Shown: one piece after another, positions 48,919 to 58,156 of the stretch
Layout of the letters: the number at the start of each line of letters is the position of its first letter
Numbering within the stretch: position 1 is the stretch's first letter
Assembly: GCA_003660975.1 (NCBI GenBank)
Contig: QMVG01000003.1
Location: 1-64,000, forward strand
Source of the DNA: Candidatus Micrarchaeota archaeon
GTDB taxonomy: Archaea > B1Sed10-29 > B47-G15
Length of the DNA: 64,000 nt
Direction: 5' to 3'
The notes under the pieces: generated by a model
What the model was told of the DNA's origin: nothing
The model's input: the letters and a program-made list of their open reading frames with translations, nothing else
The model's database searches: none
Made by a program: the position numbers and the translations under genes

Positions 48919-50409
48919 TTATTCCAGCATAAACTTTATCAGGTTGTTTATCAACCTTAGCCCATATCCTCGCTTTATGATTTCTTCAGGAGCAAATGCG
49001 TAATAGACTATAAGACCTCTTTTGTTTATGCTGATGCTTGGGTTGGAAACAATTATCGCCGGCCATATCTGCTTGCCATTTTCATCAGGAATTTTTCTGG
49101 ATGCTTTCAGATACATAATTGTGTTGCTCCTTGGGATGCTTGCAAATCTCGCTGTCGTAACCAAGCTCACATTCGCATGACCAAAGTACTTACTGTAATC
49201 AACAGCACTTTCATAGCCTTTTGTCAGCGGGTGGTTTGCGTCTACTGCTTGAAGCTGCAGTGCCAGGCCCTCATTTGGATTATACGTTGAGATATAATCA
49301 AAGCCCAGAACGAGCTGTGAAAAATCTATGCCAGGAACAATGTCTCCAAGTTCTGTTTTTGAAGGCCCTCTTCTCCAGTAATTAAACTGATACGTGCAAT
49401 ATCTCCCTGCATTGTCCTTAAACCACGCAGGTCCTAATCTGTATCCTGAAGCGTTGTGTATTAAATCAGTTTTTCCCTCTTTGCCAACTAATTTGTTTTC
49501 CAGCTCCTCTATGCAGGCAATTATACGTGAATCACCACTAACATGGAAGTTGTTCTCATCTTCTTCTCCACCGCAGAGTGTAAAGCCCTTTTCTTCTAGC
49601 TCATCTATCAGCTTCTGCCTTTCCTTTATGTACATCCATACTACTTCTCCAAAACTGTGGTTGCATAAGCCTGATCCCAATTCCTCTGGTTTATTTGGAG
49701 AATAGCTCTGCCATGAGGAGCATACAGGCTCTGATGAAAAGCCCTTGGCATCCTCGCACGTTTTCTTCCATTCGCTTTTAGTAGCATTATCGATGTTTTC
49801 AATGTCTAAGATATCATCACATTTGCCCTGCATGCACAAAATCTTTGCCATGGTTGCCTCTTTTTCTTCTGATGCCTTGCTTGGCCTAATAGAAGCGCAT
49901 ATCATTGCTGCCTCTGAGCTTCTAGTGCTAGCAGGCAAGTAATCAAAGCGTACCTTTTCACAAATGTAATCTTCATCCCCAAGCTCAGTGCCTGCATCTC
50001 CTATCCACACAAGCCTGCCGCCCTTTTGGACATATTGGTGGAGAGCATTTAAGGTTATTGTTGGGATTTTCTTTGCTTTCTCAACAATTACGACTTCATA
50101 TTGCTCCAATACAGAAGGATCTCTTACCAAGCTTATATCCATTTTAACAGGGAAAATATGGCTTTCTTCGGCAATATACTTACTTAACAATGCTGGATCT
50201 CCCATTCCGTGGTCGCCGTATAGTATGGCTATGCTGGGAGGCCCTGTTATCGCGTAATAAACCGAACAAAAGTTTGGAATATCACTACACGACATAAAGC
50301 CAAACCTGACCAATACGAAAAGCAGTATGAAGATAAGCACTATCAAGGCAAGAACCTGGGGCAGATTTTTGAAATAGGGGGAATCAAGCATAGCATCACA
50401 TTTCAACAT
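48919..50409 (-). CDS. Membrane-anchored paralog with Cys-rich insertion
   Basis: N-terminal TM; YVQKGGRLVWIGDAG; HPL; IVYYAFAP; many Cys in the central region. Confidence 0.7.
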   Translation of the reverse strand: MLKCDAMLDSPYFKNLPQVLALIVLIFILLFVLVRFGFMSCSDIPNFCSVYYAITGPPSIAILYGDHGMGDPALLSKYIAEESHIFPVKMDISLVRDPSVLEQYEVVIVEKAKKIPTITLNALHQYVQKGGRLVWIGDAGTELGDEDYICEKVRFDYLPASTRSSEAAMICASIRPSKASEEKEATMAKILCMQGKCDDILDIENIDNATKSEWKKTCEDAKGFSSEPVCSSWQSYSPNKPEELGSGLCNHSFGEVVWMYIKERQKLIDELEEKGFTLCGGEEDENNFHVSGDSRIIACIEELENKLVGKEGKTDLIHNASGYRLGPAWFKDNAGRYCTYQFNYWRRGPSKTELGDIVPGIDFSQLVLGFDYISTYNPNEGLALQLQAVDANHPLTKGYESAVDYSKYFGHANVSLVTTARFASIPRSNTIMYLKASRKIPDENGKQIWPAIIVSNPSISINKRGLIVYYAFAPEEIIKRGYGLRLINNLIKFMLE

Positions 50410-50482
50410 TAATTTTATTATTGCATAAATATAACAGTTATTGATTTATATCTCTTACTCTTAAATAAAAAGCGGTGGTAAA

Positions 50483-50650
50483 ATGAAAGGCATAAAGACA
50501 ACACCTGTCTCAGGGCCTATGTCCAGTGCAGGCATTATGAGGTTTTTTGATGTTAGTGGAGGAGGTCCAAAGATTTCCCCGACAGTTGTTTTCGGTGCAT
50601 CTCTTGCTTTCGTAATTATCGTGGGAGTGCTGAGCTTGTTGGTAAGGTGA
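50483..50650 (+). CDS. secG: Preprotein translocase subunit Sec61beta (55 aa, absent from the ORF track)
   Basis: MKGIKTTPVSGPMSSAGIMRFFDVSGGGPKISPTVV + single TM; SSAG-x-RFF and PKISP are Sec61beta hallmarks. Confidence 0.9.
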   Translation: MKGIKTTPVSGPMSSAGIMRFFDVSGGGPKISPTVVFGASLAFVIIVGVLSLLVR

Positions 50651-50654
50651 TTTA

Positions 50655-50966
50655 ATGATAATGCCTTTGAGAAAGGAAATTGAGGAGAGACTTAGCAATT
50701 ATGTGATAGAGCAGATAAGAAAAGAAGCAAAGCCCACAAAAGTTGCAGAAGCACTGGCTGTTGTTAAGTATTTTAAGAACATGAGCCTGAGCACAGAGGA
50801 GATTGCACAGATAATCAACATAGTTGAACCATATAGGGAAGTCAAGGCAAAGGCAAGCGATTATGATTATGACGAGATGAAAAAGCACCCAGACCTACTT
50901 ATAACCAGGACACCAACACAGGTATTCGTGAGATATGTGGGAGGCAGGACATTAAAGAGGGAATAG
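50655..50966 (+). CDS. Hypothetical protein
   Basis: Operon-like spacing between sec61beta and the Mth938-like gene; AGGTGA SD upstream. Confidence 0.65.
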   Translation: MIMPLRKEIEERLSNYVIEQIRKEAKPTKVAEALAVVKYFKNMSLSTEEIAQIINIVEPYREVKAKASDYDYDEMKKHPDLLITRTPTQVFVRYVGGRTLKRE

Positions 50967-50970
50967 TGTT

Positions 50971-51333
50971 TTGATGTTTGGCTGGACCACTTTCGGCAAG
51001 GTGAAGTTTGGAGACGAGGTTTACAGTGAAGACATAATCGTGCATACTGATCTATCTGTTTCTCCACGAGATAAGAGCATTGCTAAAAGCAAATACGGGG
51101 ATTCCCACATAGTTGGCAGAGAGGAATTAGAAAAAATTCTTGACGATGACACAGAAGCTATAGTGATTGGTTCAGGGCAATTTGGAGTCCTGAAGCTAAA
51201 TGAAGAGGCAGTCAATTTTTTGAGAAGCAAAAATATTGACTTCTATGTAATGGAAACACCAGAAGCCATAAAAAAATACAACCACATTTTCAAAGAAAAG
51301 AAAACAATGGCCTTAATTCATGTTACTTGCTGA
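50971..51333 (+). CDS. Mth938-like (DUF498) protein
   Basis: IVIGSGQFG, TPEAIKKYN and terminal HVTC. Confidence 0.88.
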   Translation: MMFGWTTFGKVKFGDEVYSEDIIVHTDLSVSPRDKSIAKSKYGDSHIVGREELEKILDDDTEAIVIGSGQFGVLKLNEEAVNFLRSKNIDFYVMETPEAIKKYNHIFKEKKTMALIHVTC

Positions 51334-51390
51334 TTAATAAAATGCTATTTCTAGACTCTTAAGACGAGACCTATAATCCTCAACTATGGG

Positions 51391-51407
51391 TGGGCCCGGA
51401 GGGATTT
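51391..51407 (-). repeat. 17-bp exact copy of the tRNA-Val 3' end (att-like)
   Basis: TGGGCCCGGAGGGATTT at 51391-51407 is identical to 51572-51588. Confidence 0.85.
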
Positions 51408-51476
51408 AAGCCTTTTCTATTATCGCTACGCTAAAGGCTTAAGCGAAATAAAGCCCCAAGGTTATGGTCTTCGTCC

Positions 51477-51571
51477 TAAGCTTTTTTCTGTGATAATTGT
51501 GGAAAAAGCTTAAGCAAAAAAGCAAAAATAAGCTTTTTTCTGTGAAAACTATGGAAAAGCTTAAGCAAAAA
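51477..51571. repeat. Two tandem ~43-bp palindromic units (possible tRNA terminator hairpins or MITE-like ends)
   Basis: TAAGCTTTTTTCTGTGA...GGAAAA(A)GCTTAAGCAAAAA at 51477-51520 and 51529-51571. Confidence 0.8.
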
Positions 51572-51644
51572 TGGGCCCGGAGGGATTTGAACCCTCGATC
51601 TTCGCCACGTCAAGGCGATGTCATAGCCACTAGACCACGGGCCC
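51572..51644 (-). tRNA. tRNA-Val(GAC)
   Basis: GGGCCCGTGGTCTAGTGGCTATGACA-TCGCC-TT-GAC-GT-GGCGA-AGATC-GAGGG-TTCAAAT-CCCTC-CGGGCCC-A. Confidence 0.96.
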
Positions 51645-51695
51645 TTTAGTGATACTGTTTTTAACATTGACGTTTATAATCTTAATGGTGTTCTT

Positions 51696-52955
51696 ATGAA
51701 GATTGCGATTATCTCAGACCAGCATTTGGGATATGCTTGGGGGACTGAAAGAGAAAACGACAGCTTTGACCAGTTTGATGAGGCCCTGTCAGAGGCTCTT
51801 TCTTTTTCTGACCTTATCATAATGCCAGGAGATATTTTTGACTCGCGTATACCAAAGCAGGAAGTGCTTGATAAGGCTTTTGCCATCTTTCAAAAAGCGA
51901 GAGAATCAAAGCCCTCTGAAGCAAAACTTGTTTCCACAGTTAACAAGGAGGTAGTCAATGATGACGCCTTGAAAGGCATTCCAATTATTGCCATCCACGG
52001 CACTCATGAAAAAAGAAGCCAAGGCACTGTGAACCCAGTTCAATTATTGGAGAGAGCAGGCTATCTCATACACTTAGATGGTCAGGCAGTTGTTTTTCAG
52101 AAAGAAGGTAAAAAAGTGGCGATTCACGGCATGAGCGGAGTGCCCGAGCAATACGCCAAGAAAACGATTGAAGAGCACAACTACAGGCCAATAAATGGAG
52201 CTGTAAACATATTCGTATTTCATCAGTCGCTAAAAGAATTTATCCCTTCTGGAGATATTGAGGTTTTGTCAGTAGAGGACCTTCCAAAGGGATTTGACTT
52301 ATATATTGACGGCCATATTCATGCGCCTTATTATGATGAAAGCAGGAGATTGCTGATAGCTGGTAGCACTATTGTTACCCAGCAGAAAGGCGAGGAAGTG
52401 AAAGCAAAAGGATATTATGTTCTTGACAGTGCTGATATGAGCTTGACTTTTAGAAAGATAAAACACCAGAGACCCTTTATATACAAGGAACTTTTCTTTG
52501 AGGATGCAGCGCCATCAGAAGTAGTATCAAAAGCTGAAAAAGAGATTGAGTCAATACTTAAATCTGAATTTGAAAAGAAGCCTTTGATTAGGATAAAGCT
52601 TTCAGGCACATTGCAGAGAGCTTCGTCAAGCAATCGCCTGGATTTGAGATGCCTTATAGAGAAATTCAGGGATTTAGCTCTACTTAGTTTCATTAACGAT
52701 ATGGAAAGCGAGGATTTGGCGAGCATAGTCAAAGACCTCCATAAGAAGCATATGGGAAAGCGCAGTGTTGAGGAGATGGGACTTGAAATAATAAACGAGC
52801 AGTTGGCTTCAACAAAATACAAGGGACCAGCTGTCTCAAAGATACTGGATTTGCTTGCTGAGGGAAGAACTGACGAGATAATGGCTTTATTAGACAGGGA
52901 ATTTGAGAGGAGATACGCAAAAAAGAAAGAGCTTTTAGGTTATGATAATAAATGA
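51696..52955 (+). CDS. mre11: DNA double-strand break repair nuclease Mre11
   Basis: SDQHLG, GDIFD, IHGTHE, FHQ and GHIH phosphoesterase motifs; C-terminal RIKLSG. Confidence 0.9.
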   Translation: MKIAIISDQHLGYAWGTERENDSFDQFDEALSEALSFSDLIIMPGDIFDSRIPKQEVLDKAFAIFQKARESKPSEAKLVSTVNKEVVNDDALKGIPIIAIHGTHEKRSQGTVNPVQLLERAGYLIHLDGQAVVFQKEGKKVAIHGMSGVPEQYAKKTIEEHNYRPINGAVNIFVFHQSLKEFIPSGDIEVLSVEDLPKGFDLYIDGHIHAPYYDESRRLLIAGSTIVTQQKGEEVKAKGYYVLDSADMSLTFRKIKHQRPFIYKELFFEDAAPSEVVSKAEKEIESILKSEFEKKPLIRIKLSGTLQRASSSNRLDLRCLIEKFRDLALLSFINDMESEDLASIVKDLHKKHMGKRSVEEMGLEIINEQLASTKYKGPAVSKILDLLAEGRTDEIMALLDREFERRYAKKKELLGYDNK

Positions 52956-53432
52956 TTCAGACCTCACAGTGCTCGTGTTTTTGCAGTGGGAATATGAGAT
53001 TGACTTACCACTGTCACAACCTTCATAGTAATCAACACTAACCCTTAATTCGCCCTCAAAATTGAAGGCAGGCATAGTAAAATCAATGGATGTATAAGGT
53101 TTTACCTTATACGCTATTTTTTCTATCTTGCAGTTCTGTGCCCAGACTACTGCCCAGTCGCTTATTATCCTACCGTCCTTTACAGGTCTCCCTTCTATCA
53201 CATACGGTCTGCAACCATCAAGAAAAACAGCATTACTTAGGTTGTTTGTAAATGTAATTGTTATGCTTTCATTTGTTTCATACCAATTTTTGTCAACAGA
53301 TACAAAGACACCCTCACCAACCATTTTTGCCCTGTAAGGCTTTATCTTAAAGAAGCCACCGACTATCAACAAAGCATAAAAGAAAGAGACAAGTATCAAT
53401 CCTAATACTATTATCACCCATCCCTTCATCAT
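52935..53432 (-). CDS. Hypothetical membrane-anchored Ig-like protein
   Basis: N-terminal TM; VDKNWYETNESITITFTN; paired Cys. Confidence 0.65.
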   Translation of the reverse strand: MMKGWVIIVLGLILVSFFYALLIVGGFFKIKPYRAKMVGEGVFVSVDKNWYETNESITITFTNNLSNAVFLDGCRPYVIEGRPVKDGRIISDWAVVWAQNCKIEKIAYKVKPYTSIDFTMPAFNFEGELRVSVDYYEGCDSGKSISYSHCKNTSTVRSESFIIIT

Positions 53433-53465
53433 TATCTTCTATTCATGTGAAATATAAAAAACTAA

Positions 53466-54842
53466 TTAATGTTTTCTCAAAAACTCTGCGTATTGGTTCA
53501 TCACGCTTATTGTTTTAACGACCTCTGTTGGGGTTTTATAACATGGTATTCCCATCTTTTGCAAGGTTCTAGTTGTTACCTTTGTGTATTCACCACCCAG
53601 AGTGCACACTAATAGCGGCTTTTTCTTTTTCTTGTTAAACTCGCCAAGCACCCCAATTATGTCTGCATCTAAGCTTACAGCTTGCATGAGTGCTATGCAG
53701 AGGACAACATCTACATCATCAGATTTCTCTGCATACTCTAGTGCATACGAATATCTTTTGCTATCTGCATCTCCAACAATGTCAAGAGGATTGTTTATGG
53801 CAGCATAATGAGGCAGCTTTGAGGCCAGAGCAACAGCGTTCTTCTTCTCTATCTTGCTGAGTTCCAGGCCATTTCTTATCACAGCATCTGTAGCCATTAC
53901 TCCGAGACCTCCACCATTCGTAATTATCAAAACCCTATTGCCCTTTGGCAGAGGTTGTTCAACAAATGCCTTTGCAAAATTTATTGCTTCTGTTATCGTA
54001 TTTGCTCTTATGATTCCAGATTGCTTGAAGGCAGCTTCGTAAACTCTGTCTTCTCCCCCAAGCGAAGCGGTGTGAGACACAACCGCTTTGAGACCCTCCT
54101 TTGTTCTGCCTGCTTTTATGGCTATTATCACCTTTTTCTTTGAGACACGCTTTGCTATCTCCATTAACCTTCTGCCGTTTTTTGTGCCTTCTATATACAT
54201 GACAATTACCTTCGTATCTGGGTCGTTCTCTAGGTATTCAAGGATATCTGCTTCATTTACATCTACCGCATTGCCATAAGAAACAAATTTAGAGAAGCCC
54301 AGCCCCTCATAAGCCATCCAATCAAGGACAGCCCCACCTATCGCTCCTGATTGGGTTATAAATGCTATGTTGCCTTTCTCTGGTCTTCTTAGTTTGTATC
54401 TCGGAAGAAACAGGGTATCAATGCCAGAGGAACTGTCATAAATGCCAATACAGTTGGGGCCCATGATATAAATTTTATACTTCTTTGCTATGCTTAACAA
54501 TCTGTTTTCAAGCCTTTTCTCTCCTATCTCCCCAAAACCAGATGATATCACCACCACTGCTTTAACGCCTTTTCTACCACAGTCCTTCAGCACCTCTGGT
54601 ACGAGGTTGGCAGGCACTGTTATTATAGCAAGGTCTATGCGGTATGGTATCTCCTGCACATTTCTGTAAACCTTATGGCCTAAGATTTCATCTGCATTTG
54701 GATTTACAGGAAAAACATCCCCTTTGAAGGACTCAATCATATTCCTAAAAACAGTATGTCCTATCTTATTGCTCTCCCTATTTACGCCGATCACAGCAAC
54801 TCTCTTAGGTTTAAAGAAAAACCTCATTTTTTCGCTTTTCAT
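53466..54842 (-). CDS. acdA: Acetate--CoA ligase (ADP-forming) alpha subunit
   Basis: CoA-binding N-terminus; GPNCIG, TQSG, SHTASL (phospho-His), TNGGG and NPLD motifs. Confidence 0.93.
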   Translation of the reverse strand: MKSEKMRFFFKPKRVAVIGVNRESNKIGHTVFRNMIESFKGDVFPVNPNADEILGHKVYRNVQEIPYRIDLAIITVPANLVPEVLKDCGRKGVKAVVVISSGFGEIGEKRLENRLLSIAKKYKIYIMGPNCIGIYDSSSGIDTLFLPRYKLRRPEKGNIAFITQSGAIGGAVLDWMAYEGLGFSKFVSYGNAVDVNEADILEYLENDPDTKVIVMYIEGTKNGRRLMEIAKRVSKKKVIIAIKAGRTKEGLKAVVSHTASLGGEDRVYEAAFKQSGIIRANTITEAINFAKAFVEQPLPKGNRVLIITNGGGLGVMATDAVIRNGLELSKIEKKNAVALASKLPHYAAINNPLDIVGDADSKRYSYALEYAEKSDDVDVVLCIALMQAVSLDADIIGVLGEFNKKKKKPLLVCTLGGEYTKVTTRTLQKMGIPCYKTPTEVVKTISVMNQYAEFLRKH

Positions 54843-54883
54843 CTACTCACTAGATGAGTTAAAACAGCTTTGCATAATAAAGA

Positions 54884-55057
54884 TTACGGTTCAATTGTCC
54901 CAGTCCAGGGGGACCTGAATTTGCTTTTTTCCTTAACAATCTTGTACATCATGACTTGGTCTATGTTGTCATTACCTTCGTTTTCATAATTCTCTATGTC
55001 TACCCTAATTAATGCTTTTAGAAAGTCAAGTAGTCTGCTGCCCTCTTTGCTGCCCAT
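54884..55057 (-). CDS. Small hypothetical protein (57 aa, absent from the ORF track)
   Basis: MGSKEGSRLLDFLKALIRVDIENYENEGNDNIDQVMMYKIVKEKSKFRSPWTGTIEP; TTTTAAATAA TATA-like element ~30 nt upstream. Confidence 0.5.
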   Translation of the reverse strand: MGSKEGSRLLDFLKALIRVDIENYENEGNDNIDQVMMYKIVKEKSKFRSPWTGTIEP

Positions 55058-55101
55058 CTAATAATATTTTTCTCTGCCAAATTATTTAAAACTGCGCCTG
55101 C

Positions 55102-55740
55102 TCATTCCCTTACAATCCTAACATCAGCACAATAGCAAGCATTTTCATTACATATAACTGGATTCAGGTCCATCTCTGCAATTTTCTCTTTTTCCATCAT
55201 TTTTGATACTTTGATTATGGTTTCAACAAGCTGCCTCTTATTCACTGGAGGAAGCCCTCTTATTCCATCCATCACCTTTTTCCCTCTGATTTCATTGACC
55301 ATTTCCTCTGCATCCATTCGGCTCACAGGGCAGATTCTTATTGAAATGTCCTCAATTATTTCTGTAAATATTCCTCCCAAACCAAAGAGCACAAAAGGCC
55401 CAAATTGCGGGTCCTTTTTTCCTCCTACAATGAATTCAATGCCCTTTAATTTTTCCTGAACCAGCACTGCCTCAAATTTTATCCTGTGTTTCTTGGCTAC
55501 TTTTTGGAGAGCATAAAAAGCTTGCTCTAAATCATCATCATCTTTTATATCCGTGATTACAGCACCTACATCTGTCTTGTGAACTAGCTTATCACTTAAG
55601 AGCTTCATCACCAGAGGATACCTTATCTGCTTAGCAGCATTTAGCGCTTGCTTTAGGTTTTTGACCACTATCTGTTTGGGGGTGTTTAGCCTGTATTTTT
55701 TTACGAGCCTCTCTGAACTGCCAAAATCAAGAATCTTCAT
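55102..55740 (-). CDS. acdB: Acetate--CoA ligase (ADP-forming) beta subunit, ATP-grasp
   Basis: YPLVMK, HKTDVGAV, DPQFGP, GLGGIFTE and EMDLNP motifs. Confidence 0.93.
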   Translation of the reverse strand: MKILDFGSSERLVKKYRLNTPKQIVVKNLKQALNAAKQIRYPLVMKLLSDKLVHKTDVGAVITDIKDDDDLEQAFYALQKVAKKHRIKFEAVLVQEKLKGIEFIVGGKKDPQFGPFVLFGLGGIFTEIIEDISIRICPVSRMDAEEMVNEIRGKKVMDGIRGLPPVNKRQLVETIIKVSKMMEKEKIAEMDLNPVICNENACYCADVRIVRE

Positions 55741-55855
55741 TACTTCCTTTTAAAGCAGCAAATCTATATAAAGCTAATCTGAGCATATATTTGAGTCCTT
55801 TTCTTATGGAAAGCCATAAAAAGTTACAGGGCTTTATCCAAGCAAAGGTGATACT

Positions 55856-57133
55856 TTGGAGATTCAGTTTTTAGGGGCCTGCCGTGAAGTGGGCAGATCG
55901 GCCTTTTTGGTCCAAGGCAAGAAGAAAAACATTGTTTTGGATTATGGAAATAAGATAAACCCTGAAGAAAACCTTTTCCCTCTGCCAGTTAGAAAGCACA
56001 TAGATTTGGCTATTCTTTCTCATGCTCACTTGGACCATTCAGGCGCTTTCCCTCTTTTATTCAAGCGCTCAGAATTTGATGTCTATATGACACCTCCAAC
56101 GCTTCCTGTTTCAGAGTTGCTAATACGCGATTCAATCAAAGTGAGCAAGTTAAGAGGTTTTGAAGAGCTTTTCAATGAAGTGCATTTAAAACGCTTTTTA
56201 AACAATGTTAAGACCTTGCCATACGACAGAGAAAAAAGCTTGGGGGCAGGCATTTCACTTGAGTTTGGCGATGCTGGGCACATAATAGGAGCTGCCATAT
56301 CAAGCATACATTTTGATGATGTCCACCTCCTTTACACAGGGGACTTTAAGCTGAAGGAAACGCATATGCACAAGGTTGCTAGGTCTAATTTCAAGAACAT
56401 TGATGTATTGATAATTGAAAGCACATACGCTGGTGAAAAGCACCCCGATAGACACAAGCTTGAAGAGGAATTTGTGGCAGATTGTCAACGCATATGTGAT
56501 GAAGGGGGAAATGTTTTGCTTCCAGCCTTTGCTGTTGGCAGGAGTCAGGAATTGGCAGCTGTGTTAAGTGACCATAACTTTGATTATCCTGTGTATATGG
56601 ATGGGATGAGCAATAGCGTTTCAGAAATTATGTTGGAATTTCCAGACTATGTGAGAGATTATGATGATTTATACAGGGCCTTAAAAACCGTTGAATGGAT
56701 TACTACTGAGAGGCAGAGAAGATTGGCATTGAAAGAGCCAAGTGTTATAATCTCTCCTGCAGGCATGCTCCAGGGCGGTCATGTTCTTTGGTATCTTTTA
56801 AAGCTGAGAGACAGACCTGGTTCAGCAGTTTTCATAACTGGCTATCAAGTAGAGGGAACACCAGGAAGAATGCTTTTGGACACTAAGAGAATAAATATTG
56901 ATGGTTATGAAATAGACATGTCTCATCTGGAAATAAAGAAGTTTGACTTTTCCGCTCATGCAGATGATGATGACCTGCGCAGCTTCATAAAAAAGGTTGA
57001 CCCCAAGCTTATTTTCGCTGTTCACGGTGATGAGGAGAAAACAGAGAAGCTACAGCAGTGGGCAAGGGATGAAGGTTACTATGCTTTTGCTCCGAGAATA
57101 GGGGATGACTTCGTAATAAATAAATACTTATAA
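55856..57133 (+). CDS. Metallo-beta-lactamase beta-CASP ribonuclease (aCPSF2-like)
   Basis: GACREVGRS, SHAHLDHSG, AGHIIG, ESTY, FAVGRSQE, FSAH and VHG motifs. Confidence 0.92.
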   Translation: MEIQFLGACREVGRSAFLVQGKKKNIVLDYGNKINPEENLFPLPVRKHIDLAILSHAHLDHSGAFPLLFKRSEFDVYMTPPTLPVSELLIRDSIKVSKLRGFEELFNEVHLKRFLNNVKTLPYDREKSLGAGISLEFGDAGHIIGAAISSIHFDDVHLLYTGDFKLKETHMHKVARSNFKNIDVLIIESTYAGEKHPDRHKLEEEFVADCQRICDEGGNVLLPAFAVGRSQELAAVLSDHNFDYPVYMDGMSNSVSEIMLEFPDYVRDYDDLYRALKTVEWITTERQRRLALKEPSVIISPAGMLQGGHVLWYLLKLRDRPGSAVFITGYQVEGTPGRMLLDTKRINIDGYEIDMSHLEIKKFDFSAHADDDDLRSFIKKVDPKLIFAVHGDEEKTEKLQQWARDEGYYAFAPRIGDDFVINKYL

Positions 57134-57148
57134 ACTTCTTCTAAAAAT

Positions 57149-57853
57149 GTGATTGCGATGGCAGATAAAGAAAAAAAATTTTGCCCGAGATGTGGGGCAA
57201 CTAATAGGCCTTTTTACAATGGCCTGTGTGTGGATTGCTATAAAGAACTGCATAGCACTGAATTGGTGAGCTTTCCATCTAAAGTAGTGGTCGAGCGTTG
57301 CCCCCACTGTGGTAAGTATTTTTATAAGGGCAAGTGCTTGCCCTCAACATACAACAGTTTGCAGAAGGTTATAGCCTCAAAAGTGAAGAGCAAGCTTTAC
57401 AAGACGAAAATAGACGTTGATGCTGCTTACAATTCTGTTGTCATAACCGTGTCTGGTTTTATTGATGCAGAGGAGCAGATTCCGTTTAAAATAGAGAAAG
57501 AGCTTCCCTTGAAAATAAAAGGCAAGGTCTGTGATACTTGTTCTAAACTTCACGGCAATTACCATGAAGTGAAGATACAAGCGAGAAGAAAGAAAGGCAG
57601 CAACAGAAAGGATTATGAAAAGCTCTTGGCAGACATCAGGCACAGCACGAGAAAACTCCGCGCTTTGGACGACAGAGCAGCTGCTTTTTGGGAAAAGAAA
57701 ACAAGGGAAGGAACCGACTTTTTCTATGTTCACAAGCAGTCAGGAGAGGAAATCGTTAAAGCAATTGAGAAGAAGTATAACTTGAAGGCAAAGCACAGCA
57801 CAAGAATAGGGAGAAAGGGAAGAAGAAAGCACACATATAGCATACGCGTTTAG
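57149..57853 (+). CDS. NMD3-family ribosome biogenesis protein
   Basis: FCPRCG...LCVDC, CPHCG and CDTCSK...YHEVKIQAR; terminal TYSIRV. Confidence 0.88.
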   Translation: MIAMADKEKKFCPRCGATNRPFYNGLCVDCYKELHSTELVSFPSKVVVERCPHCGKYFYKGKCLPSTYNSLQKVIASKVKSKLYKTKIDVDAAYNSVVITVSGFIDAEEQIPFKIEKELPLKIKGKVCDTCSKLHGNYHEVKIQARRKKGSNRKDYEKLLADIRHSTRKLRALDDRAAAFWEKKTREGTDFFYVHKQSGEEIVKAIEKKYNLKAKHSTRIGRKGRRKHTYSIRV

Positions 57854-58104
57854 CTTTTCTTTATCTTTTTTATGTCTTTTCTATAGCTTTTGGAAACCTC
57901 TAAACCCCTTTGCCATTCATCCATTATTGTTCTTGCTTTGTCCGATATATTTTTCCTTTCCTCTGGCAATATCTCCGAAAGCCTTCCTATAATCCTTTCT
58001 ATCTCTGCTTTTGAAAGACCTTCTTTTTCCAATTCTTGCTTAAAGCTTCCAATCTTTTTGTCTCTGAATTCCTCGTAGTATCTCTGAAGCCTTCTCCTTG
58101 CCAT
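57850..58104 (-). CDS. Hypothetical basic protein
   Basis: Fills the gap between genes with charged helical composition; start uncertain (58104 or 58143). Confidence 0.5.
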   Translation of the reverse strand: MARRRLQRYYEEFRDKKIGSFKQELEKEGLSKAEIERIIGRLSEILPEERKNISDKARTIMDEWQRGLEVSKSYRKDIKKIKKS

Positions 58105-58156
58105 GACTTTCTTAAGTTGATTAAGCTTTTTAAGTTTTTGCAATCATAATATAGGC

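Noticed and set aside
51391-51480. Second, split or intron-containing tRNA gene
   Set aside because: Only the final ~17-22 nt match; no 5' acceptor, D arm, anticodon arm or BHB partner could be found upstream
51477-51571. Possible CRISPR array
   Set aside because: Only two units with an 8-nt linker, no spacers and no cas genes
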